Source of the DNA: Candidatus Thalassarchaeaceae archaeon
GTDB taxonomy: Archaea > Thermoplasmatota > Poseidoniia > Poseidoniales > Thalassarchaeaceae
Assembly: GCA_045568075.1 (NCBI GenBank)
Contig: JBJLBP010000001.1
Span: 1,080,001 to 1,112,000 of the forward strand
DNA: 32,000 bases
Direction of reading: 5' to 3'
In this document: positions 24,030 through 32,000 of the stretch, one piece after another
Layout of the letters: the number at the start of each line of letters is the position of its first letter
How positions within the stretch are numbered: the stretch's first letter is position 1
Notes under the pieces: generated by a model
The model's input: the letters and a program-made list of their open reading frames with translations, nothing else
Database searches by the model: none
Told to the model about the DNA's origin: nothing
Translations under genes and position numbers: made by a program

Positions 24030-25507
24030 ACATTGTAAATTGGCGTCTCGTCCAGATACATCGCGAGATTGAACAGCCACCACGAAATCAAGTCGAATGA
24101 TTCCACGAGATTTTGCACACCGGTTCCGTTGTCAGTCACCATCATGTCAACCATCGTATCGAGTGTGTCGCACATGGCGTGGTAGCAGTCAGAGCCGCCA
24201 GTCAAAGAGCCGAAGTCCATCGAAACTACTCCGAGTTGGTCTGCTATTCTCTCGTAATCGCTCCTCCCTCTCTGCGATTCATGCACCGATATCGAGAGTC
24301 TCTTCTGGTCACTAGAGTCGACGTCCTTCATTGAGGCATAACCCTCAGTGTTGTAGAGCTCCCTCCCTAGACGAAGTGCCTCAGCGATGTCGTTGTTGTT
24401 TGAGCCAATCCACTCGGTCAATCTCACCATGGGCCACTGCTCATTGATCTGATTATCAGTCTCGGGAATGATGTCGACGACTAGGGTGTAATAACCTGGC
24501 CAGTTGGTCCCAACCGCGTCTGCATTGAGGTAGTTCGACAGAGTTACTCCTGCGGGAATGTTGTCAATCCAACTGTCGACGCCATCGTAGCCGTTCTCCT
24601 CATTGGACCAGAAGCATACTGCAATGGTTCTGCGGTGGTCGAACTGGGCGAGACCTCTGGCTGCCTCTAGGACTAGGGCGACCCCAGCCCCATTGTCATG
24701 TGCACCTATTCGAGTACCCCCTCCTGGTGGGCTTCCAACTTCTGCGACATCGAGGTGCGCGCCGAGCACCAGCCACTCATCAGGAAACATTGTGCCCTCC
24801 TTGTAGCCGCAGACGTTGACTGCGTAGGAGAAGTCAGAGATCCAGTATCTGTGTACCTGAGCGTCGTAGCCCATACCCTGCAACTCTCCCTGCATGAAAT
24901 TCACAGCCCTCATGTACGTCGGATCATTCAGGGTGAATGGCCCCCAGCGCTCGTTGTAGCCTGAATCGGGGTCTGCGAACAACTCTAACCACTCGAAGAC
25001 GTTGAGACCGTCGATTAGCCCAGTGCTGTGCAGGGCTCCGTCCTCGACTGTGTAAGCTGAGTCATTCTCTCTTGCCACAGGGTGCTCGATGTAGGTATAT
25101 GGTGACTGCTGGAATTCGCTCGATGAGAACCATTCATTCCAACTCTGGTTGGTCTCTCGCAGAGGCCACGTATCTCTACCTAATTTGCCGAGAAGGAAGT
25201 GAGTTGAATTGAGATTTGGTGGTGCAAGCATCTCTACACTCATAGTACCAGTTTCATCGAAATTTAACGTAGTCCCATTCACAACATATCCAGACTCCTC
25301 GTCTATCACGAGGTATGGAATATGTACGCTCATTGGACTTGATGCAGTCACCGCTACAGTCTGGAAATGTGCACCTATGAGGACTTCAGGAGAAATACTC
25401 AGTTCTTCGACTGAAATCAACTCAATATCCTCTTCTGGAAAGAAGCATCCAGTTAGATTGGTGGCAATAATGACGAGGGCAAGGCATGCGGCACGAACCC
25501 GAGTCAT
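24026..25507 (-). CDS. M28-family metallopeptidase (aminopeptidase-like), predicted lipoprotein
   Basis: The metal-binding pattern is VLGAHLDV...GAHDNGAGVALVLEAARGL...CFWSNEENGYDGVDSW (H-x-D ... D-N-x-x-G ... E-E-x-G). The N-terminus MTRVRAACLALVIIATNLTGCFF carries a lipobox-like LTGC. The ATG at 25507 is preferred over the TTG at 25510 used by the track. Confidence 0.85.
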   Translation of the reverse strand: MTRVRAACLALVIIATNLTGCFFPEEDIELISVEELSISPEVLIGAHFQTVAVTASSPMSVHIPYLVIDEESGYVVNGTTLNFDETGTMSVEMLAPPNLNSTHFLLGKLGRDTWPLRETNQSWNEWFSSSEFQQSPYTYIEHPVARENDSAYTVEDGALHSTGLIDGLNVFEWLELFADPDSGYNERWGPFTLNDPTYMRAVNFMQGELQGMGYDAQVHRYWISDFSYAVNVCGYKEGTMFPDEWLVLGAHLDVAEVGSPPGGGTRIGAHDNGAGVALVLEAARGLAQFDHRRTIAVCFWSNEENGYDGVDSWIDNIPAGVTLSNYLNADAVGTNWPGYYTLVVDIIPETDNQINEQWPMVRLTEWIGSNNNDIAEALRLGRELYNTEGYASMKDVDSSDQKRLSISVHESQRGRSDYERIADQLGVVSMDFGSLTGGSDCYHAMCDTLDTMVDMMVTDNGTGVQNLVESFDLISWWLFNLAMYLDETPIYNV

Positions 25508-25535
25508 CAATGCGGATTAGCACTCGCTGTATATA

Positions 25536-25988
25536 TCACTCTGAATCTCTGTCGTATGGCTCGATATTCTGCCATTCCGAGGCGTCTGAGCGAGCGACGA
25601 TCGCCTCGACCCATTCGCTATCTGAGCAATTGAACACCTCATGCGGCAGTCCTGGTTCGATGTAGAACATATCACCCGCACTATGGACAACGGACTTCCT
25701 ACAGCCCGGTCCGAATTCGTGTCGGACCGCTCCTTTGAGTAGGAAAATCATGACGTCGAAATCGACATGGATATGGGCCTTGGCAATCCCTCCTGGGGGA
25801 ATAAAGGCCTTGTTCATCGAGAGTTTTGTCGCGGGTGTGTTCTTGCCCGATAGGCCAGCACCGTATTCGATATTGTTCCAACCACGGACCTTGTCGATAT
25901 CCCGCAAGCCGTGTATCCCGCCCGCATCTTCAATGAATTTCGCTAGGTCCACCTGTTCTCCAGTCAGTGAGAGTTCTTCTTCGCTCAT
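25536..25988 (-). CDS. Cupin-domain protein
   Basis: The cupin motifs are GGIAKAHIHVDFDVMIFLLKGAV...AGDMFYIEPGLPHEVFN, i.e. G-x5-H-x-H...G and GD...P-x-x-x-H-x-x-x-N. The track start at 26000 is TTG, and the first ATG is at 25988. Confidence 0.75.
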   Translation of the reverse strand: MSEEELSLTGEQVDLAKFIEDAGGIHGLRDIDKVRGWNNIEYGAGLSGKNTPATKLSMNKAFIPPGGIAKAHIHVDFDVMIFLLKGAVRHEFGPGCRKSVVHSAGDMFYIEPGLPHEVFNCSDSEWVEAIVARSDASEWQNIEPYDRDSE

Positions 25989-26136
25989 GTGAATCACCAA
26001 TACCCTCCTGATGGCATAGTGATTTCAACCCATTCCACCATCCTAATCCGAACACTGAGCCTGAGTGGAGCCCCATGCCCCGTCGGTCAACGCTAAAAGG
26101 GGGAGGTGGCTCGGCCGCGTCGCTGAGGGTCAATAA

Positions 26137-26304
26137 ATGGCAGCAAGAGCAGACATCTGTACCTCCTCCGGTCTTCCTCTCGTCGAGAGTAAGAGCACGG
26201 CCTTCCCATGCCCAGAGTGTGGAGAATCGATAGGTCGGAGCGAAAGATGTCGAGTTCAGGCAGTCAAGTACGTCTGTCCCGCATGCACGTTTGAGGGACC
26301 CTGA
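26137..26304 (+). CDS. Small Zn-ribbon protein (COG2888/DUF1610-like) that typically precedes aEF-1beta
   Basis: This is a 55-aa ORF I translated by hand; it is below the track cutoff. The sequence is MAARADICTSSGLPLVESKSTAFPCPECGESIGRSERCRVQAVKYVCPACTFEGP. Six Cys include two CPxC knuckles and the characteristic C-terminal CPxCxFxGP. It sits directly upstream of aEF-1beta, a conserved archaeal gene pair. Confidence 0.8.
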   Translation: MAARADICTSSGLPLVESKSTAFPCPECGESIGRSERCRVQAVKYVCPACTFEGP

Positions 26305-26324
26305 ATCCTCTGGAGTTGTTCTAT

Positions 26325-26591
26325 ATGGGACATGTCGTTGTAAAATACAAGGTCACAATTGATCAGCCGGAAGAAGGACCCCCCGACTACGAGGCAATTG
26401 CATCCACCATTTCCTCTATGACTGAGGTTCAAGCTTGCGAGATCAAGCCTCTCGCATTCGGCATGATGTTCATCGAGGTCCAAGCCGTTCTCGGCGAGGG
26501 CGAAGGAATCGTCGATGGATTTGAGAATGCAGTCCGCGCCATCGATGATAACGTCGGTCAGATCGAAGCCCTCGAAATGGGTCGTCTCTGA
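26325..26591 (+). CDS. Translation elongation factor aEF-1 beta
   Basis: The 88-aa sequence is MGHVVVKYKVTIDQPEEGPPDYEAIASTISSMTEVQACEIKPLAFGMMFIEVQAVLGEGEGIVDGFENAVRAIDDNVGQIEALEMGRL. It matches the archaeal EF-1beta pattern MG-x-V...KV...P-x-AFG...V-x-x-G-x-x-EG...E...IE...RL. GGAG lies 9-12 nt upstream of the ATG. Confidence 0.85.
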   Translation: MGHVVVKYKVTIDQPEEGPPDYEAIASTISSMTEVQACEIKPLAFGMMFIEVQAVLGEGEGIVDGFENAVRAIDDNVGQIEALEMGRL

Positions 26592-26667
26592 AACAGCACC
26601 CAGCATTTCAGCGTAATTAGCGCTGGTCAAATCAAGTCGTTTGCTTTACGCAAGTGTCGAACTTATG

Positions 26668-28089
26668 TCAATAATGATCGAGGGGTGAGCGCATGAATTC
26701 TCTCATCAACACGGTAGCATAAGTCCCCGGCGGTAGAGTGAATTTGAGTCTCAAATCAGCACCCTCCGGATTCCATCGCTCGCCCTCGGATGGGCCAGCA
26801 TCCCAGCGCTTAGAGGAAGATTCCTCAGCCAATACCGGAGCCTCTTCTACACTGAAATCACGGAAAGTAACGCTCAATGGACGGCGTGTTCCACTCGTCG
26901 TAAGATTCGGAATCTTCCGAACCCTCCATTCAACATCTGTGAGTTCGGTCGTCTCCAATGCCGCCGCCTCTACTAGGCCTGGCTTACCCTCGGCCATCCT
27001 CGCGTTCTGTCCGGGCAACGGGCCAGTAACAGACAACCTACCCAAGCGACAATTACGCCGACAACGCTCAAGATTCGTCTCGGTCACTAGCGCCATCTTG
27101 GCTACATCGATTCTGCCGCTCGCCTTTACCGGCGCAACAAGGTCGCCAAGCTCAGGTTCAAGCAAATCCAATCCCGCATCTAGTCTGCCCGCTAATGAAT
27201 GATTGAAAGCGAGGGATTGTAGTGAATGAACCATCAGTAACTGAAGAGATGGTGGTAAAGCTCTGAAAGCCTTGACATGATTCTCTGAGTCTCCTTCGAG
27301 CACCTGAAGGATACTCTTCTCGAAACCGAGGTGGCCGGGTGCTATTTCCAAACAAGCCGCTGCGTCCTTGGTATCCATCCACATCTTGCGAAAAGTGGCG
27401 ACATCCTCAGTCATCTTCGAACCTGGCATGCCAACATAGAGGTCGACCGCTCTCTCGAAATCACCATCGACAACAGCACGTCCGACCTCTGGAGTCACTG
27501 GCCTCGTAGCACCGAAGCGCTGAGGCCCGATCCAATTCGGAAAGGCATCGTCACCAAGACGCTCGGCCATACCATCACGAATTTCGAGAACTCGTCGCAT
27601 AGCTTCCTTCGCATCAATCGGCGAGCCATCCGCTTCACAGCAACCACGTACGGTGATGCTGAAGCGATTACCGTCGTGATCACTCATACCGACTTTCTGA
27701 TGGGTGCGGCCAAGGATTTCGAGTTCAGAATCAGGAATATCGACGGCCTCAACCTTCTTGCGTGGCGCGTCAATCACTAGCAATTGAGTGGTAACTGCTC
27801 GCTTATCTTTCAAGCCTGAACAATAGATTCGATTGCGATTGATTCCACAAGCTCCTGCTAACCTCCGCAGAAACCTGTTTGTTTCCCAGTTTCGAAGGGT
27901 CGCGCGAACTACGGTAAAGCGACCCTTATTGTCGAGTGCAGGCGTCCTCGAGACCTCCTCTACTCGGAAATCTTCGATTCGAACCTTGAGCAGACCGCCA
28001 ATTCCAAGGCTATCATGTGCCCAACCGTGTAGTCCGAGATGTTTCTCAATCTCTTGAGAATCGCGTGGTTCGAACATGGCTTGAGCCAA
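26668..28089 (-). CDS. truD: tRNA pseudouridine synthase D (TruD/Pus7-type)
   Basis: The motifs are GIGGLLKVRIEDFRVEEV, the catalytic-Asp motif YCSGLKDKRAVTTQLLVI, and FPNWIGPQRFG. The track start at 28089 is TTG, and the ATG at 28077 is an alternative. It follows rpoL by 12-24 nt, suggesting an operon. Confidence 0.88.
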   Translation of the reverse strand: MAQAMFEPRDSQEIEKHLGLHGWAHDSLGIGGLLKVRIEDFRVEEVSRTPALDNKGRFTVVRATLRNWETNRFLRRLAGACGINRNRIYCSGLKDKRAVTTQLLVIDAPRKKVEAVDIPDSELEILGRTHQKVGMSDHDGNRFSITVRGCCEADGSPIDAKEAMRRVLEIRDGMAERLGDDAFPNWIGPQRFGATRPVTPEVGRAVVDGDFERAVDLYVGMPGSKMTEDVATFRKMWMDTKDAAACLEIAPGHLGFEKSILQVLEGDSENHVKAFRALPPSLQLLMVHSLQSLAFNHSLAGRLDAGLDLLEPELGDLVAPVKASGRIDVAKMALVTETNLERCRRNCRLGRLSVTGPLPGQNARMAEGKPGLVEAAALETTELTDVEWRVRKIPNLTTSGTRRPLSVTFRDFSVEEAPVLAEESSSKRWDAGPSEGERWNPEGADLRLKFTLPPGTYATVLMREFMRSPLDHY

Positions 28090-28101
28090 TCTTCCACGCC
28101 C

Positions 28102-28359
28102 TCAGTTGGAGAGGCCGGCGAAATCCTTCGCAATAGAGGCGCAAAGGTCCTTGACAATCTTGTCCGCCTTAGCTCCCTTCTTGACACGAACGTAAAGTTC
28201 GGGCTCATCGAGATCCGGGTGACCAGTGAAGAAATTTGCATACTCAACCTTGTCATTTTCATTCAAGCGAGACCTGAACAACTGCAGAGTTGCTTGGTCC
28301 TCACCAATTAGTCGCAATCGGAGCTCGGAGCCCTCGTTTTTGAGTACCTTTACTGGCAT
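28102..28359 (-). CDS. rpoL: DNA-directed RNA polymerase subunit L (Rpo11)
   Basis: The 85-aa sequence is MPVKVLKNEGSELRLRLIGEDQATLQLFRSRLNENDKVEYANFFTGHPDLDEPELYVRVKKGAKADKIVKDLCASIAKDF. It matches the Rpo11/RBP11 pattern (..K.L......L.L.I.GED...........V.fA.y...HP). The upstream 66 codons of the track ORF look non-coding. Confidence 0.8.
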   Translation of the reverse strand: MPVKVLKNEGSELRLRLIGEDQATLQLFRSRLNENDKVEYANFFTGHPDLDEPELYVRVKKGAKADKIVKDLCASIAKDFAGLSN

Positions 28360-28450
28360 GACGAGCGCGCGACCGGCCCCTCCCTTTTGAGGGCTTTCAT
28401 CAGTTTGCTGGACCCCTAGGGTCCAATACACTGTTTGAATTATGTAGCGG

Positions 28451-31021
28451 TTGGTGATGGGAGCGCCGATGCTCGACGTGCCTCGGCTAGAGAATCGCGT
28501 CGCATCCCTGTTTGAAAAAGCGGCGCCGGGAATCGTCATTGTGAGTATACTCCTCACTATTGCAACCGGCCTCGCACTAAGCCCATTACCCGAGTTTCAG
28601 ACCGATCTTTCGGCATTCGCGCCTGATTCCGAGGCCGACAGTGCGATTGACCGTATGGAAGAGGTGATGCCACCTTCGCCGCATCGAATCTACGTCCACA
28701 TAGAGCCAACTCAAGAGGGGGCGAACGTACTCGAACTCGGTGCTATTCAACAATTGCAAGCCGACCTTGAAGCCGTCAACACATTATCTGCAGCAAATGG
28801 CGACTTTGTTACCGCTCACATCAACGTCGCTCAGATTCTACAAGTTGCGCTCAATGAACGTGATGAACAGGCTCGCAGCCTCTCGGAATTCAATAATTGG
28901 GAAGAGCTTCTTGAGGCAGTCGTCACCGATGAAGAATGCACGGACGCCCTCGGCGACGACCGGGCGATTGCAACGGCTTCCTTCGCTCGCTCAGTGATGC
29001 TGCACGAGAATTTTGACCACGAGCCGGTTTGCGCCTGGCTTGAAAATGGCCACCAAGGAGACCCTACTCCAACCGCATCGAGTACGATGTGGGTAATCGA
29101 AATCTCAGGTGATCTCGCCGCGGATGAAAGATTGCAGAAGGCAGTCATGCTCCGTGGCCTGATAGAAAAACAGGAAGCGGCTCCCGGATCCGCCCTCGAT
29201 TACGGAGTCGTCTCGGACGATTTGGTGAGCAATGACATCAATGAGTCAACTCTCGATAATCTCGTCTGGTTGCTAATTCTCTCTATCTGCATCGTAGTTC
29301 TGGTCCTCGCCGTCGCCTTCCGCTCGGCGATGATGGTCGCGGCCCCACTACTCGGTCTATCGGCCGCGCTGGTCTGGACTTACGGCACGATGGCTCTAGC
29401 AGGCTCTGAGTTCTCAATCCTTGAAGTCGCCGTCGCACCGGTAGTTTTGGGACTTGGAATAGATTACTCGATACATTTGCAAAGGGCTTACGAGAAGGCG
29501 AGGGAAAAGGAATCGAATCCTGCTTTGGCATGGATCCGGTCTTTCTCGATTTTACGTCTCGCACTGACACTGTCGGTAATCACAACCGCCTTTGCTTTCT
29601 TGGCAAACTTCCTTTCACCTCTGCCTCCACTCAGGTCCTTCGGAGTTACTCTAGCTCTGGGTGTGGTTTCAGCCTTCATCGCCAGCACAGTTACTGTTGG
29701 CGCATTACACGTGGTGGCGGACAAGACCACTGGAGTCGGTGGCCGGCGTTCTCTACAATTGGATGGTTTCGCAAACTTCGCCACCGAATTCCAACGCAAG
29801 CACACCGCATTGATCTTACTTTCCGTAGTGGGGTTGACTCTGTCTTCTGTGGTTATTTCAGTGGGACAATTGGACACGAAGTTTGAGCTGACTGATTTCC
29901 TTGGTGAGGAGATGGAAGTCATCGATGTTCGAAATTCGATGTATGAATCGTACGAAGTCGAGGCTCTCAAATCAGTCGACATCATCGTCGAACCATCGGC
30001 AGGCATGGACGCTCTAACTGGTGAAAGAGACCTGTTAATTCAACTCGAACGACTAGATAATCGGCTAGCTTGGACTACGAATGTCGTCACTCCCGAGGGC
30101 ACCTCGAACCCACGGCCATCTTACGATGGGTTGTATCCAATTCTACGCGATGCGATTGAGGCCGATACGTCATTCGGTGAAACATACCACATCGGAGTCT
30201 TCGATGGGGCTGTAGGTATCACTGATGGATTCGCCGAAGGCGACTTGGCTCTAGCTATCGGCTCATTGCTTGCAAACGATACCATCGGTGAGCCGATACG
30301 AGGTCAGAGCTGGGGTGAGCGGACGGCGATGCATGTGGCTTTGACAAAAGATGGCAATGCGCTGCAATTCCTTAGGATGCGCGTTGATGTCACGGCCCAG
30401 AATAGCGAAGAAACTGCTGGATTAGTTGAACAATTCAAAGAATTTGAGAGCGATTTAGAGGCTGCTACTGGGGCTCGAGTTCATCTCAGTGGTGACTTGA
30501 TCCTAGTTCACAATGTGCTGTCTGGATTGGTTCTTTCTCAAGTTGAATCGACCGCATTCAGCCTTGCTGTCTCGCTTGTGGTGCTGGTCGCACTTACCCG
30601 ACGTATTGGGCCTTCACTGGTGGTTATTCTGCCCGTTGGACTCGCTGGGACTTGGGTTGTCGGTGCGATGGCCGTGCTAGGCATCAATTGGAATGTTCTG
30701 ACTGTGATGATTACCGCACTCACGATAGGACTTGGAATTGATTACTCGATTCACGTCTGGCGACGATTCGAGGCGAATCGTGATTCGGGTATGGGGACTT
30801 GGGCAGCGATGCGTGACATGTACTCGACTACCGGTGCATCGCTGATTATGTCCGCTGGCACCACTATCTGTGGGTTCATGGTACTGCTTCTCTCACCAGT
30901 TCCGGTGATCAAGGACTTTGGATTAGTCAGTTCGATTTCTGTGGCATTCTCACTTGTCCTTGCCTTACTTGTCCTCCCTGGGCTCTTAGCGGCAGAGGTT
31001 CGAACATCGAACGGCAACTGA
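28451..31021 (+). CDS. RND-superfamily exporter, MMPL/COG1033-type (second copy)
   Basis: There are two TM bundles, each with the motif GLGIDYSIH (GLGIDYSIHLQRAYE and GLGIDYSIHVWRRFE). An N-terminal TM is followed by a ~230-aa ectodomain, and a second ectodomain lies between the bundles. The start is ambiguous: TTG 28451, GTG 28454, or ATG 28457/28469. Confidence 0.8.
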   Translation: MVMGAPMLDVPRLENRVASLFEKAAPGIVIVSILLTIATGLALSPLPEFQTDLSAFAPDSEADSAIDRMEEVMPPSPHRIYVHIEPTQEGANVLELGAIQQLQADLEAVNTLSAANGDFVTAHINVAQILQVALNERDEQARSLSEFNNWEELLEAVVTDEECTDALGDDRAIATASFARSVMLHENFDHEPVCAWLENGHQGDPTPTASSTMWVIEISGDLAADERLQKAVMLRGLIEKQEAAPGSALDYGVVSDDLVSNDINESTLDNLVWLLILSICIVVLVLAVAFRSAMMVAAPLLGLSAALVWTYGTMALAGSEFSILEVAVAPVVLGLGIDYSIHLQRAYEKAREKESNPALAWIRSFSILRLALTLSVITTAFAFLANFLSPLPPLRSFGVTLALGVVSAFIASTVTVGALHVVADKTTGVGGRRSLQLDGFANFATEFQRKHTALILLSVVGLTLSSVVISVGQLDTKFELTDFLGEEMEVIDVRNSMYESYEVEALKSVDIIVEPSAGMDALTGERDLLIQLERLDNRLAWTTNVVTPEGTSNPRPSYDGLYPILRDAIEADTSFGETYHIGVFDGAVGITDGFAEGDLALAIGSLLANDTIGEPIRGQSWGERTAMHVALTKDGNALQFLRMRVDVTAQNSEETAGLVEQFKEFESDLEAATGARVHLSGDLILVHNVLSGLVLSQVESTAFSLAVSLVVLVALTRRIGPSLVVILPVGLAGTWVVGAMAVLGINWNVLTVMITALTIGLGIDYSIHVWRRFEANRDSGMGTWAAMRDMYSTTGASLIMSAGTTICGFMVLLLSPVPVIKDFGLVSSISVAFSLVLALLVLPGLLAAEVRTSNGN

Positions 31022-31078
31022 TTTCTCTCTCATTCAGCCTCAAGTTCACGTATTACCCAAAGATAGGGGCTGGGCTGG

Positions 31079-31744
31079 TTATTGTGCAGCGCGGTCAATC
31101 GCTGAAGATACGCGCTGCATATCGAGTCCTTGTTCGCGAGCGACTAGAGCGAGTGCCATCCAAAGCGTGACGGGACCGAGGGCTCGACGTTTGCGCTGAG
31201 CACGACGGACGACTTCCTTATTCTCGAGACCTGATTCACGTGCGATGATATCGATTAGCACTGGAATACTTCCTTCCGCCCGGTCAACAGGGTGTGCCTG
31301 ACGGGTTGCTTGGCCCGGTGAGGAAGCAGAACTTTGTCTATTTACAACTGGACGAGCAAAACTTCGTTCATCTGCTATCTGATTTGTCGGCTGCTCGGCC
31401 CTCGAACCCACCTGTGGTTTGGAGAAAGTTGCATTGGTTTGCGAGACTTTCGGTGGCGGTAACGCCTCGCAAGATGGCGGATTTAACATTCGACGAGTGA
31501 TTGGACGCCAGCCGAGACCTGGAATTGTCAATTCGACACCGGGCGCGAGGCTCAATCCACCATCATCAGTAGCCATCCAACCAGCCGCACCTAAGGCATC
31601 GACAATTCTCTCTGCATCTTCAGGCAAAAACCACTGCATTTCGAGTGACCACAAGCGGATTACATCAGTGCGAGAGACGACTGAATCGCCGACTCCATCG
31701 AAGATTGTGTAAAGCAGTCGGGAGATATCGGTCTGCTCGCTCAT
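31079..31744 (-). CDS. Conserved archaeal protein, DUF2240-like
   Basis: The N-terminal block VSRTDVIRLWSLEMQWFLPEDAERIVDALGAAGWMATDDGGLSL and the C-terminal block VLIDIIARESGLENKEVVRRAQRKRRALGPVTLWMALALVAREQGLDM are joined by a low-complexity P/S/Q linker. From memory, the pattern resembles haloarchaeal DUF2240 proteins (lS-l-d-x-x-W-F-s-p-d-q-A...; ...in-x-x-q-x-x-l-g-vt-x-e-aA). Confidence 0.5.
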   Translation of the reverse strand: MSEQTDISRLLYTIFDGVGDSVVSRTDVIRLWSLEMQWFLPEDAERIVDALGAAGWMATDDGGLSLAPGVELTIPGLGWRPITRRMLNPPSCEALPPPKVSQTNATFSKPQVGSRAEQPTNQIADERSFARPVVNRQSSASSPGQATRQAHPVDRAEGSIPVLIDIIARESGLENKEVVRRAQRKRRALGPVTLWMALALVAREQGLDMQRVSSAIDRAAQ

Positions 31745-31768
31745 GTTCTCCCCTTGACTCTGTTAGTG

Positions 31769-32000
31769 TTACTCCGCTTGAGGCTTGCCCGTCACTAAGT
31801 CCGCTACTAGTTTAGTTGACAATCCTAGACCACCGAATTGAAACTGATTAGAGTTCGGCGGAATATAGAATTGCGAATTGGCTACAAAAACGAGAACGCG
31901 AGAACAGTCGATTGAAGAAGCACCGTGCTCTCCGGCCCCTCCGATATGGCCCGAGATTACATCGCTCGCGACCCAAAAACGGGTCGTCCAATCAGTCAAC
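31769..32000 (-). CDS. Hypothetical protein, C-terminal fragment (the 5' end is probably outside the window)
   Basis: The reading frame is open to the window edge, and the track M at 31999 is a TTG. The sequence ...FWVASDVISGHIGGAGEHGASSIDCSRVLVFVANSQFYIPPNSNQFQFGGLGLSTKLVADLVTGKPQAE belongs to no family I recognise. Confidence 0.35.
   Translation of the reverse strand, partial: LTDWTTRFWVASDVISGHIGGAGEHGASSIDCSRVLVFVANSQFYIPPNSNQFQFGGLGLSTKLVADLVTGKPQAE

Noticed and set aside
23548-24033. A 161-aa minus-strand ORF and the nested 115-aa ORF lie antisense to the OB-fold gene.
   Set aside because: Their composition is R/S/P/C-rich and they have no motif. The plus-strand frame has a clear OB-fold pattern.
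26256-26630. A 124-aa minus-strand ORF lies in the EF-1beta interval.
   Set aside because: It is antisense to a well-recognised aEF-1beta gene and to the 3' end of the Zn-ribbon gene. It has no recognisable features.
28360-28557. The track gives rpoL a 66-codon N-terminal extension (ORF 28102-28557).
   Set aside because: Rpo11/RpoL proteins are about 85-95 aa. The extension overlaps the divergent exporter start region and looks non-coding.
1-32000. I looked across the whole window for mobile elements, a prophage, a defence island or toxin-antitoxin genes.
   Set aside because: I recognised no integrase, transposase, terminal inverted repeats, cas, restriction-modification or nuclease/NTPase defence signatures in any frame. 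The tRNA genes are intact and not flanked by partial tRNA duplications.

Overview
The window looks archaeal. It contains RNA polymerase subunit L (Rpo11), aEF-1beta with its partner Zn-ribbon gene, an archaeal-type TruD, a DUF2240-like protein and a type-A RNase P RNA. The combination of giant acidic exoproteins, peptidases and beta-oxidation genes resembles a marine heterotrophic euryarchaeote such as Marine Group II; that assignment is inference. Positions 1-12.3 kb form an accessory-looking block on the minus strand. It holds a partial Cys/Tyr-rich secreted protein, a 1319-aa membrane-anchored Ca-binding adhesin-like protein, 3-hydroxyacyl-CoA dehydrogenase, and a roughly 2076-aa membrane-anchored subtilisin (S8) protease. 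The rest is mostly housekeeping: tRNA-Gln, acyl-CoA dehydrogenase, AsnRS, tRNA-Lys, RpiA, RNase P RNA, an SDR epimerase, RlmE/FtsJ, an OB-fold protein, a cupin, TruD and RpoL. Envelope functions are interspersed: two COG1033/MMPL-type RND exporters, an M28 lipoprotein peptidase, and an adjacent thioredoxin-like/VKOR gene pair. No CRISPR array, transposase, integrase or recognisable defence system was seen. The most unusual items are: (1) the adhesin's cytoplasmic tail, with six PPGF polyproline motifs and a perfect 57-bp tandem duplication; (2) the split Trx-VKOR disulfide module next to Cys-bracketed exoproteins; (3) RNase P RNA hidden under spurious ORFs; (4) ~45-bp direct repeats exactly 500 bp apart bracketing the OB-fold gene. 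The ORF track uses GTG/TTG as M, and several track ORFs are 5'-over-extended.
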